Source: Octopus bimaculoides
Lineage: Eukaryota
DNA: 38,479 nt
NCBI RefSeq assembly: GCF_001194135.2
Contig: NC_069004.1
Coordinates: forward strand, 12,910,618-12,949,096
Direction of reading: 5' to 3'
Position numbers and translations under genes: made by a program. This document shows, piece by piece, positions 23,083 to 34,258 of this stretch (positions are counted from its first letter, which is position 1; every line of letters begins with the position of its first letter). The notes beneath the pieces were generated by a model. That model had not been told where the DNA came from and ran no database searches. It worked only from the letters and a program-made list of their open reading frames with translations.

Positions 23083-24050
23083 GAAGGGAAAGAGAGGGTA
23101 GGAGATGTAAGTAGACAGAAATAGAGGGGGGGAGAAAGGTGTGGAGAGATGGTGGAACAGGAGGAGGAGAAAGAGNNNNNNNNNNNNNNNNNNNNNNNNN
23201 NNNNNNNNNNNNNNNNNNNNNNNNNNNNNNNNNNNNNNNNNNNNNNNNNNNNNNNNNNNNNNNNNNNNNNNNNNNNNNNNNNNNNNNNNNNNNNNNNNNN
23301 NNNNNNNNNNNNNNNNNNNNNNNNNNNNNNNNNNNNNNNNNNNNNNNNNNNNNNNNNNNNNNNNNNNNNNNNNNNNNNNNNNNNNNNNNNNNNNNNNNNN
23401 NNNNNNNNNNNNNNNNNNNNNNNNNNNNNNNNNNNNNNNNNNNNNNNNNNNNNNNNNNNNNNNNNNNNNNNNNNNNNNNNNNNNNNNNNNNNNNNNNNNN
23501 NNNNNNNNNNNNNNNNNNNNNNNNNNNNNNNNNNNNNNNNNNNNNNNNNNNNNNNNNNNNNNNNNNNNNNNNNNNNNNNNNNNNNNNNNNNNNNNNNNNN
23601 NNNNNNNNNNNNNNNNNNNNNNNNNNNNNNNNNNNNNNNNNNNNNNNNNNNNNNNNNNNNNNNNNNNNNNNNNNNNNNNNNNNNNNNNNNNNNNNNNNNN
23701 NNNNNNNNNNNNNNNNNNNNNNNNNNNNNNNNNNNNNNNNNNNNNNNNNNNNNNNNNNNNNNNNNNNNNNNNNNNNNNNNNNNNNNNNNNNNNNNNNNNN
23801 NNNNNNNNNNNNNNNNNNNNNNNNNNAAGATAGATTTGGTTTTAAACAGATAAAAAAAAGAGGCAAGAGGAAGAAAAAGAAAAAAAAAGAAAACAAAGAA
23901 AGAAAGACAAAAAACTTTGAAACAAATGAAAAACGTGTAAATAAATAAATAAATAAATAAAGTGTGCAGCCGCTTCTCTGCTAGATATGTTTTGCTAATT
24001 TAGAAGCTGTTATAACAAACTGACTTACCAAAGACGTGGAACCAACTTAC

Positions 24051-24124
24051 CAAAGATCTTGTGTCCATTATTTCAAAAGCTACAGATTCTCCATCCACAA
24101 CTGCATTGTGTTTGTATTTTGTGT
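24051..24124 (-). CDS. RERG-like GTPase, second visible coding exon (74 nt), contains the G3 position
   Basis: Long pyrimidine tract, caag|AC ACA AAA...TCT TTG|GTAAGT. Encodes (D)TKYKHNAVVDGESVAFEIMDTRSL. Phase 1 in and phase 0 out match both neighbouring exons. Confidence 0.9.
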
Positions 24125-24649
24125 CTTGGGTGGGAGTGGAATAAAAACAAGAGAAAGAGAAATTAGAAGCAACAAATTGGAAGAAACGAGGGTTGGTGTG
24201 TTGGAGGGGTGTTCAAGACGTGGGGGTGGGATTAGGTGATTTTTTTTTTTTTTTTAGGAGTTGAGGAATGGAAGAAACATAAATAAATAAAGAAAAAAAA
24301 ATACAAAGAAAGCAGAAGAGATTAACAGGATGGCACCATGGAGGGAAGCCGGCAATTTAAGTTGTTCCGACACAGGTAAACTTACGTTGGTAAAAGTACT
24401 AGGAGGGAGAGAGAGGAGGGAGAAGAGAAGAAAGGAAGAAGAGAAAATTAGAATGGGAGAGCGAGGAAGAAGAAGAAAGAAGGAAGAAATAATTGGAATA
24501 AAAATAAACAAGAACAAAGGTAAAAAAGGAGGAGGTAAAGAAGAAAGAATATAGAAGGAAAAGAAGGGAAAAGAAAATAGGAAGAGACACAGAAGAAAAT
24601 AATGAAGAGAGAGGCAACTAAAAGACTTACAAAGAATCCTTGTTTAGGG

Positions 24650-25055
24650 GAAAACCATCTTAGCTTTTATGTAAAGGAATTTAGGTTCAGGTGAGAAACT
24701 TTTGGTTTAGGTTAACAGTTTTTGGCAGAGATTACCAAATTAGACTTAGGTTAACATAATTTGGTCTATATTAACATAATTCCAATCAGATTAACAGAAA
24801 TAGGCTTAGATTAACCCTTTTGTTACCATATTTTGTTTAAATACATTGCCTTTGTTTCAATCAATTTTTAAAATGATGAAGAATTTAATAGAATAATTTT
24901 GTTATTATCAAGCTGGTGTTTGGAACATAAATATGGGAATTTTGATGGAAAGCTTTGATTTAGCCATCATCTTTATAACAGAAAGTTTGTATCAAAGAAC
25001 CAATTGGTAGTCTCAGGTTGATATCAAAAGGGTTAACAGAATTTGGAGTTAGATT
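24650..25055. repeat. Degenerate 20-bp minisatellite (TAGGTTAACA.AATTTGGCT-like), split by the family B MITE
   Basis: Units taggttaacagtttttggca, taggttaacataatttggtc, tatattaacataattccaat, cagattaacagaaataggct, tagattaa|[MITE]|cagaatttggagt. Confidence 0.6.
24815..25032. mobile_element. piggyBac-like MITE family B, copy 3 (opposite orientation)
   Basis: TTAA|CCCTTTTGTTACC ... ATATCAAAAGGG|TTAA. Interior is the reverse complement of copies 1 and 2. Confidence 0.8.
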
Positions 25056-25255
25056 CGGACTTCCACCAGAGTTTCCTCTGGCTTCGTCCCGACCGGGCGT
25101 GGATCGCCATCTTTCAGGTCCCCGGCCGCCTGCTACACCTGAGTCGGAGCGGGAACGCGCGCTTTCGAGCGCGAACGCGCGGGCCCGACCCGGGAACGAT
25201 GCTTCGAAACGCCGCATGTTAAAAAAAAGAAGCGAGCCGCCACCATTCAGGAGGA
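25056..25255 (-). rRNA. Isolated ~200-bp 28S rRNA fragment (D3 expansion segment plus adjacent conserved core); pseudogenic insertion, not an rDNA unit
   Basis: Minus strand ggggacctgaaagatggcgatccacgcccggtcgggacgaagccagaggaaactctggtggaagtccg matches the conserved eukaryotic LSU segment GACCCGAAAGATGG...GAAGCCAGAGGAAACTCTGGTGGA. The adjoining GC/CpG-rich, hairpin-rich stretch (to ~25255) fits an expansion segment; that boundary is approximate. Confidence 0.85.
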
Positions 25256-25849
25256 GACGATTAACTGTAATCACTGACAAGAATTGCCAATGAATGGAGA
25301 AAATGATTTATGCAGACAGACAAGTCATAATTCATGAGCTTGCTGTATGACTGCACTGTAGTTACAATACATTACAGAATATGGAAGACTTTGAGTACTG
25401 AAAAATTTATGCAAAATGGATACCTTGGTAGTTGATACCCCATTTGAAGAAGGAAAATGGGGTATTGGAACAAATTAAATTGCCGGCTTCCCTCCATGGT
25501 GCCATCCTGTTAATCTCTTCTGCTTTCCTTGTATTTTTTTCTTTATTTATTTATGTTTCTTCTATTCCTCAACTCTTTAAAAAAAAAATTACCTAATCCC
25601 ACCCCACATTTTGAACACCCCTCCAACCCTCTGCTAGGAGCATTTGAAACCAATGAAGACATTCTTTTTCTTATCTAATTACAAGGAAGAAACATGGGCA
25701 AATCTTTTATGATCTGAAAAGGAAAACTTATTCTATGGAATGGTATCACACTTCTTTTCAAGATCTAAGAAATTCAAGATTTATCATTCAGCAGAGAATG
25801 TTATAGTAGCTGTTTTGGAGGATGAGAAGAACAATTCTCTTTGATTTTT

Positions 25850-26670
25850 TTAGAATCGTGAGAATATTTGGGCTTCAACATAACCGACAAACAGGTTCAC
25901 ATAGTTGGGGCCCATTCTCGTTCCTATGGCCACTCCTGAGACTTGTTGGTAAAACTCCCCTGTGAATGAGAAGCAGTTGAGGACAAGAACAAGTTCAGCC
26001 GGACAAGGAAGTATGGACGTGTCAGGTCGGGGGTTGGGACGAAGGTCTAGGAAGTGTTGGAGGACAAGAAGTCTGTCATTGTGTGGGATCACCGTATATA
26101 GATTCTTAATATCAAGAGTAAAGAGAAGTTTAGAGGGGCCAGGAGGAAAGGAATTACAGGCAGATATGATGGGGCAGCCAGGGTTGTTGGGCTTCTGCAT
26201 TTCAGGAAGGAAATAAATGGTGGGGGTTTGGGGAGTGCAGACACTGAAGTTGGAGGGAGACGGGAGGAAGAGATGAGGTCATGGATAGTGGAGGATACAG
26301 TCTATTGGAAGCTAGGCAAAGGGTTGGAGGGCAGAGGGTAACAGAAGGAGGTGTGTTGAAGTTCACAGAGAGCTTTAGTCTTGTAGAGGTCTGCACATCA
26401 CACCACCACGGCTCCACCCTTGTCAGCTGGTTTTATGATAATGTCTTTACGGCATCTGAGACATCAAAGAATTTGGCTGGGGAGATGTTCAGATGACGAG
26501 GATGCCTACAAAAGTTAAACCGGTCCACAACACATTGGCAGATGCCAACAAAATGATCGACTGCTTGGAACTGGCCAGGAGCTGGCGTCCAGTGGGATGG
26601 CCAGTGGCCCAGGTCGGTGAAGCAGTCCTCTTCGTTAGATGCAGGTGGAGTGTTGCGGGATAGTGTACAT
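25850..26670 (-). mobile_element. Penelope-like element reverse transcriptase remnant (frameshifted, internally deleted)
   Basis: Piecewise translation gives HWTPAPGQF, DIIIKPADKGGAVVV*CADLY, YFLPEMQKPNNPGCPIISAC, LFTLDIKNLYTVIPH, AELVLVLNCFSF, YQQVSGVAIGTRMGPNYVNLFVGY, all typical PLE RT motifs. Confidence 0.9.
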
Positions 26671-28084
26671 AGCCTGACATGTCACACACACAGGCAAGTA
26701 TCATGTATCAAAGCCTTGAGTTGACACTAATGCCTTGTAATTGAAATTTAGTTGACAGAAATTATGCAGAAATCTGTTATATGCTTGCCTGTATACATGC
26801 ATGCATATATAACTGGCAAGTGTCTTTTGCTATAGTGCTCCAGTTGATCTGATCAATAGAATGGCCAGCTTGTGAAATTAATGTGCAAGTGGCTGAGCAC
26901 TCCACAGACACGTGCACCTTTAACATATTACTCAGGGAGATTCAGCCTGACACAGAATATAAGGCTGACCTTTTGAAATACAGTGACTGCTCATTTTTGC
27001 CAGCTGAGCGGACTGGAGCACCGTAAAATAAAATTACATGTTTAAGGACACAATGCACTGCCAGGAATCAAACTCACAAACCTTATGATTGTGAGTCGAA
27101 TAACCTAACCACTAAGCCAAAGGTCTTCACAATGCATATAGATAGATAATCTCATCATTATCATTTGATGCTCCCTTTTCTATGCCTGCATAGGTTAGAT
27201 GGAATTTGTTGAGGCAGATTTTTCTATTGCTGGATGTATTTCCTGTTACCAACCTCACCTGTTACCAAGCTAGGTAATATTTCACCATGAAACACACACA
27301 CACACACAAAAAGTCAACAACACTGCTTGTATGGCGGTGATACTCATTTACAATCATCAGATGATGTCAAGATAAGGATACACATAAGCACACATACACA
27401 TGGGCTTCCTTCAGTTTCTGTCTACCAAATCCACTCACAAGGTTTCAGTCAGCTTTAGGCTATAGTAAAAGACACTTGCTCAATGTGCCATGCAGCGGGA
27501 TTGAACCCAAGACCAGATGGGTAGGAAGCTAACTTCTAAACCGCACAGCCACATCTGTGCCTAAAACACACGTGCACATTTTTTTCTTTTTGTTTGCGTT
27601 TGCATTCTATGAGAGTCACTCGCTATGAGTGGTGGTGGTATTGTCGCTACTACTATTTACAAATCATCTGCTCACTTTGCACCAGGTAAAGGCATCCAGT
27701 TGTAAAACAATGCCTCAATAGCATTTCCATCTAACTCATGCTAACATAGAAAAGCAGATGTAAAAACAAACAAACAAATGAATTTACACACACACACACA
27801 CACACATACTAGTGGCCAAAATTCTAGATACTTTCTTAAATATTTGTTACTACTTGTTGGCTTGATGCCTTTTCTCTGCTCATAATTTATTTTTGTAGTC
27901 ATCTTCAAAAGATATTTTATTGTTCTCTAACCTATACTGGTTTAAAATTGATATTGTTCTTTGATATTTCAATACACTAAAACACACATATATCAACCTA
28001 AACCAGAGGCATATGAAACAGTATATAAAACAAAATCAGTTTATTTAGTTTACAATATGGTAGTTTGTAACGGTATTTAGTAGA

Positions 28085-28395
28085 ATAACTTTTTTTGTTT
28101 TGATTACTTACATCAAGTCTTTTTGGCTTAGAAGTGATAAGATACTTCAACTAGTCAAGATTTATGATTCTAAACCAAACATTGATGATTTCTTCAATTA
28201 ACTGGATTTTGTTGCTTGGTTTTGAAACTGATACTAGTCTTTTGATTCTTGGCCATAAATTTTCTACCTTGTTGAGTTTGGGGCCGTTTCCAGGTCATTG
28301 TAAAATATTTATTTTGTGTCTTTCAACCTTTCGTATGGGAATTTGTTGCATGACATGGAGCAATGTCTTGCTGAAAAGTTGCTTTATCCGAATCA
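28085..28395 (-). mobile_element. Tc1-like transposase C-terminal remnant
   Basis: TFQQDIAPCH ... PGNGPKLNKVENLWPRIKRLV...KPSNKIQLIEEIINVWF...LITSKPKRL corresponds to Tc1 motifs FQQDNAPCH, WPGNSPDLNPIENLW and SMPRR. Contains stops and frameshifts. Confidence 0.8.
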
Positions 28396-28439
28396 CATGG
28401 AAGTGTAACTCTGAGGAGGAAAAAGAAATTTTGTTTCCA

Positions 28440-28700
28440 AATAATTACTCAGGAGTAAGTGTTACTTGACGGAGTGCCTAACTCAGAGATAAAGGTGTCT
28501 TTTCCAGGCCAAGCCACAACTTTTCTGCATAGAGAGGTCACAGCTCCAGTACTACAGACGTGGTTAGAATGTTGCAGGAAAGAATCACAAGATGGTTTCA
28601 AACCAAGCCAACTGGCAGAAGGCCTAGAATGAGATGGCTGGATAATATCCATAGTTTCTGTTGGTCAAACTTGGGAATCCAGCTGTTTCTGATATGATCC
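28440..28700 (+). mobile_element. LINE 3' coding end (L2/RTE-type post-RT region), decayed
   Basis: LLDGVPNSEIK...IERSQLQYYRR-VVRMLQERITRWFQTKPTGRRPRMRWLDNIH matches the IERSQLR.+GHV.RM..ER......KPTGRRPRGRPR.RWLD pattern. Confidence 0.7.
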
Positions 28701-30340
28701 TATGGGGGAGGGAGGTGTCAGAGGACTCTAACCCCTTGACCATCTCAGGAACAGTAGGCAGAGAAGATGGATGGATAGATGGAATAATCTTGTTGTTTTC
28801 TTTTTTAGGATTTAAACTTCCAGGGCACATAAAAAGCACTCAACCCACTCTGTAAAGTGGTTGGTGTTGAGAAGGGCATCTAGTTGTAGAAACCATGGCA
28901 CAACAGACAATCGGAGCCTGGACAGCTCCTGACTGACCAGCTCCATGCCAAACTGTCCAACACATGCCAGCATGGAAAGAGGGCACTAAATGATGATGAT
29001 GATTTATGATTTCAAATGGCCAAATCTCTGCCAGACAGTCCACAATACAAAACCACAACCATACACAGATGGGATGTTTCATCATAGTTTGTGATACTAT
29101 CAAGTAGGACATTTTCATTTGACAAGTGTCGCACATTCAACTTGTGCCTCACACTTCTACAAACTGAAATTTGTTTTATCACATATAACTTATTGCTAGT
29201 CTTTCTGCTTGTCAACTCCTGTCATTCTCTTATCATAAAAGATGTTTTCTTCTCTGGCAAACATCCAGATATCAGTCACCTGTAGGGACACCATATTTTG
29301 TCATGTAAAAAGCACTCAATCCCCTGTGTGGGGTGGTTGATGTTAGAAAGGGCATCCAGCCATAAAAACCAAGCCAAAACAGACACAGAAGTCTGGTGCT
29401 GTCTTCTGCCTGGCCAGCTTCTGTCAAACCATCCAACTCATGGAAGGCAGACGTTAAATGATGGCAATGATGATGATGAATGAAACAAAGGCAGTGAATT
29501 TCAGCAGAAATATGGTCACAAAAGGGTTAAACTGACCCCCAACAGCTGATAACCATCATCCTTGTTTAACATTCACTTTTCCATGTTTGCATGGGTCAGA
29601 CGGAATCTGTTGAAGCAGTTTTTCTGTAGCCATCTGTAGTCAACCCTTACCTGTTCTCAAGTAAAGCAATATCTTCCCCAAAGCTAGACATATTTTTCAT
29701 TGAAGAATGGGAACAAACAACATTGCTTGTACACTGATAATGCTCATTCATAACAGTCACATGATGCCCAGACAAGGGTGTACACAAATCTGCACATGCG
29801 CACACAAACACATACACCAACACACACACACACAATAGGCTTCTTTCAGTTTCTTATTTCTTTATTGCCCACAAGGGGCTAAACATAGAGGGGAAAAACA
29901 AGGACAGACAAAGGGATTAAGTCTATTACATCGACTCCAGTGCATAACTGGTACTTAATTTATCGACCCCGAAAGGATGAAAAGTAAAATCGACCTCAGC
30001 GGAATTTGAACTCAGAACGTAGTGGCAGACGAAATACCGCTAAGCATTTCTGTCAACCAAATCTACTGACAAGACTTTGGCTGGTCTGGTACTATAATAG
30101 AAGATACTTGCCCAAGGTGCCACACATCACACAGTGAGACTGAACCTAAGACTACATGATTGGAAAGCAAGCTTCGTAACCACACAACCATGCCTGTTTG
30201 ATGTATTTCTTATGGTGGTGTTAATTACTAAGAGCCAATTGACCCATGTCAGTTATTCGGTTCACTTGTTTTGCTGGATGTTTTTTTACTCTTGTTTTTG
30301 TTTTCAGTTCTCACAGTTTCATGTCCTTTAAAGTATAGAC

Positions 30341-30684
30341 CAAGGGTTTTCAAACTTTTTGACTTGCGAACCCCTTTATATTTCAGGCTTTACCTTAGGG
30401 GACCCCCTTATAAACGCTTATGAAATTTATACATAAATATTTGCTTAAAATAACATATATTTTTACATTTATTTATTTAACAGTATTTAGCAAATAGGTT
30501 TATTGTCAATTATACACACAGGATTTTTTCAATACATACTTAGTGAGAAGGATGTGCTTACTTGGCTCTGCACGGACCCCCTGTCTTGGCTTTCCATGGA
30601 CACACTGTCTTGGCTTTCTACGGACCCCCTGTCTTGTCCTTGCAGACCCCCTGTGGTCCACGGACCACAGTTTAAAAAACCCTG
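30341..30684. mobile_element. hAT MITE, 344 bp, with internal ~24-bp tandem repeat
   Basis: TIR CAAGGGTTTTCAAAC / GTTTAAAAAACCCTG. Perfect 8-bp TSD GTATAGAC (30333-30340, 30685-30692). About three copies of acggaccccctgtcttggctttc; subterminal palindrome CTGTGGTCC-AC-GGACCACAG. Confidence 0.85.
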
Positions 30685-31269
30685 GTATAGACCAACCTTC
30701 CTTGTACTGGATTGTGATGCATCTTCTCCCAGTTTTCAGACTATTTGTTAAAAAATGAACCCCCTTTTTGTTTGCTAACATAAAAGAATCTTCATAACAA
30801 ATGTGGAAGGCCAAGTTCAAATACATTTACCATCAATGTTTGATCAGTTAACAAAAATATAGTGTGTATATATGATGACTGGCTATTGACAATGGTGTGA
30901 TTGAGTCTCAAATGCTGGTTGGCTATCTAATATGGTGTGACCATGCCTTAGTGCTGATTGGCTATGGAAAGTGGTACATCTTCACTACTCAATGCTGATT
31001 GGTTATTGAAGATGAAGTAACAAACTACGTATTTACTCCCACATACTAGAGTTTTATATGCTCTTAGTTTTCCAATTATCTGCTTTAGTGTAAACAAAAT
31101 ATCAATTTTGAAGCATCATAGGTTAGAGAACAATAAAATATCATTTGAAGATGACTACAAAAATAATTATGAGCAGGAAGGTGGCATAAAGCCAACTAAG
31201 AACAACTGTTTAAGAAACTATCAAGAATTTTGGCCACTAGTATGTATACATAAGTCTTTGTCTTTCTTG

Positions 31270-31309
<40 letters not shown>

Positions 31310-31313
<4 letters not shown>

Positions 31314-32280
31314 TGTTTCAGTCATTAGACTGCAGCCATGCTGGGGCACCATCTTGAAGAATATTTTAGCTAAATCAATTGATCCCGGTACTTATTTATT
31401 TAAGCCAGGTACTTATTCTATCATTCTCTTTCCCAAACTGCTAAGTTACGGGTACATAAACACAACAACACTAAATGACAAGCGTTGACGGGAGACAAAC
31501 AAAAACACATATACGAAAGGCTTCTTTTAGTTTCTGTTTACCAAATCCACTCACAAGGCTTTGGTCAGCCTAAGGCTAGAGCAAAAAACTGTTGCACAAG
31601 GTGCCATACAGTGGGACTGAACCTAGAGCCAGGTGGTTAGGAAGTAATCATCTTATCACAGTCATGCCTGAACCTTCAACAATTTTTAGTTGAATGAATC
31701 AACCCCAGGATTTATTTTTGGTTAAGCTTGGTACTTATCCCATCAGTCTATTTTAGCCTTGGAGAATTCTTTGGTTGACTGGTTCAACCCCAGGGCTTAT
31801 TTTTCTCAGCCTGATATTTATTGTATTGATCCTTTTCCAAACTGCTAAGTTATGGGGACATAAACACAGCAGCAACGGTCGTCAAGTGTTGTTGGGGGAC
31901 AAACACACACAAGGACATGCATACACACATATAGATATACATATATAAAGAAATTTTAGTTGAATGAACTGACCCCAGTACTTGTTTTCTGTTAAACCTG
32001 GTAGTTATTTTATCAGTTGTTTTAGCTGAACTGCTACGTTACAGGGACATGAACACACCAACATCAGTTGTTAAGCAGTGGTGGGGGCAAACACAGACAC
32101 AACGACAACACACACACATATGACAGGGTTCTTTCAGTTTCCATCTACCAAATCCACTCACAAGGGCTTGGTCAGCCTGAAGCTATAGTAGAAGACACTT
32201 GCCCAAGGTACCATGCAGTGGGACTGAACCCAGAACTATGTGGTTGGGAAGCAAGTTTCTTACCACACAGCTACGCCTGC
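31310..32280 (-). mobile_element. Cluster of three head-to-tail S2 SINE copies (~31310-31660, 31680-31925, 31955-32280)
   Basis: The same tail (aactgctaagttatggggac.taaacacac) and head blocks recur three times in the same orientation. Confidence 0.75.
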
Positions 32281-32472
32281 ACCTATGTATATGTTTTTTT
32301 TTTGTTTTTTTGTCTTTTTTAGAAATGTGTATTGCCTGGTGTATTGCATGGAGGAGTATGTCACTTCTCTTGTATAACAGGCTCAGGTGGAGTGAGGGGG
32401 ACAGAGAGAAACAGGACACTTAAGAAGGTCTTTAATTTATAACAAAAACAAAACAAAAAATAAGGGACTTAC

Positions 32473-32529
32473 CTGATGACTGATCATATTCTCCAATAAA
32501 CCTTCTGGTAAGGAATCGGACAGACAATG
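32473..32529 (-). CDS. RERG/RERGL/RASL11-12-like small GTPase, first visible coding exon (57 nt)
   Basis: ttag|CA TTG TCT...TCA G|GTAAGT encodes (A)LSVRFLTRRFIGEYDQSS, the Ras-family segment after the P-loop (cf. ALxVRFLTKRFIxEY). Phase 1 to phase 1. Confidence 0.93.
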
Positions 32530-32694
32530 CTAAAGAAAAAAAGAGAGAGAGAGAGAAAAGTTACAATATTCAAGTACTAATTTTTCCACCTTGTTTTGCA
32601 CCTATGTGCTTACTTGTATGTGTGTACACATACACACACACATACATTAAACACTGTTTGTCACAGCAGACTAGTTTGCAGAATGCAGTTGAAA

Positions 32695-33300
32695 CATGAC
32701 AATTTAGAAGCGCTCTATGCAATAAAGTTTTGAGTTAAACTGGGTGAAAACACTCCAAAAACTTATGGAATGCTCCAGAGAGATTATGGATGGACTTTTT
32801 GACTGGCACAAGAATTTCAAGGATGTCAGAGAGAAGGTGAGGGTCAATGAGAGACGTGGGAGGGAGAGGGACATCAGAACATGAAAGCTGGTTGACAAAA
32901 ATTTACAATTTCCTGGAGAAAGACCATTGTGTGTCTATAAAGACAATAAGCACACAGTTTGGAATTGGCATGGCAACTGTACACAGAATTATTCATGAAG
33001 ATCTGAACATATACAAAATTAGTTCAAAGTTTGTTCCCAGGGTGCTCAGTAACGAGTATCCTGGTAACTACTTAACAGACATGGGCATCAAAACTGACCC
33101 TTAGCCTCCCTGCAGTCCAGACCTTGCTCCCTGTGACTTTTGGTTTTTCCCCAAGCTGAAGGAGAACCCCAGGGGCAGTTGTTTTGAAGATGAAGGAGGC
33201 TGTAATAAGAGTCCTGAATGCCTTCACTTTGAAGGACTTGCAGGTATCTTCAAAAAGTAGCTGGAGTTTGTACTTCTTTGGATTAATAAATGTTTATACT
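32695..33300 (+). mobile_element. Internally deleted mariner transposon remnant
   Basis: YAIKF*VKLG...FDWHKNFKD, FLEKDHCVSIKTISTQFGIGMATVHRIIHEDLNIYKISSKFVPRVL (HTH plus WVPR-like motif), then YLTDMGIKT..PPCSPDLAPCDFWFFPKLKENPRG (YSPDLAP motif). The catalytic core is deleted. Confidence 0.88.
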
Positions 33301-34258
33301 AACACTTCATCATCATCATCATCATCGTTTAACGTCCGCTTTCCATGCTAGCATGGGTTGGACGATTTGACTGAGGACTGGTGAAACCAGATGGCAACAC
33401 CAGGCTCCAGTCTGATTTGGTATACATATATATATATATACATGTATGTGTGTGTTGATGCATGAATACAAAAGAAATAGGAACTAAAAATTTAGTCAAA
33501 TACTCTTTAAGCACCCTGTATGAGTCTAACTTGGCTAACCAAATTGACCAGTGAAAGTTATTGCAATCCATGTAGTCATTCTGTTAAATATCCAATTTGT
33601 AAATTCAAATATAAATTCAGTATAAAGTTACAGAGTACAGTACAAAAACACTAATGAATGAAGAATTATAAATTCGTAATCAGCTTACACAGATTTTGGA
33701 TACATTGGTATTACATAATTCCATGATTTATGCAATACAAATATATCCAAAATGCATGTAAGCTGTTTAAAAATGTATAATCCTCCTTATTTCTTTTTAT
33801 ATATACATGTGTGGTGTGTGTGTGTGAGTGTGTGTGTGTGTGTGTATGTGTATGCACAGATGTGGCTATGTGTTAGTAAATTTGCTTCCCAACCACATGG
33901 TTTTCATTTCTGTGTTTATGTCTCCACCACTGCTTGATGAGTGTTGGTGTGTTTACATCCCCATAAACACACAGTTTGGTGAAAGAAATCGATAGAGCAA
34001 GTACCAGACTTAAAATAAGTAAGTACTAGTGTTGATTCATTTGACTATAATCCTTCAAAGCAGCGTCCTAGCATAGCCACAGACTAGTGACTGAAACAAG
34101 GATATATATATNNNNNNNNNNNNNNNNNNNNNNNNNNNNNNNNNNNNNNNNNNNNNNNNNNNNNNNNNNNNNNNNNNNNNNNNNNNNNNNNNNNNNNNNN
34201 NNNNNNNNNNNNNNNNNNNNNNNNNNNNNNNNNNNNNNNNNNNNNNNNNNNNNNNNNN

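Larger units (their letters stand above)
24188..25631. repeat. Inverted repeat, arms 24188-24368 and 25467-25631, spacer 1098 bp
   Basis: Arms share gagggttgg..ggggtgttca..gtggg(g)gtgggattaggt, gagttgaggaat.gaagaaacataaataaataaag, and gaaagcagaagagattaacaggatggcaccatggagggaagccggcaatttaa.ttgttcc in opposite orientation. Confidence 0.9.

Noticed and set aside
24054-24059. A-to-I recoding might restore the G3 glycine
   Set aside because: The DxxG glycine position is a TCT codon, which editing cannot convert to Gly. Editing the AGA codon gives Gly one position too early (DTGS).
24960-25293. GC-rich ORFs on both strands; also considered as a CpG-island promoter or an HDV-like ribozyme
   Set aside because: The sequence is explained by the 28S match. 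The overlapping helices lack the P3/L3/P1.1 order required for an HDV fold.
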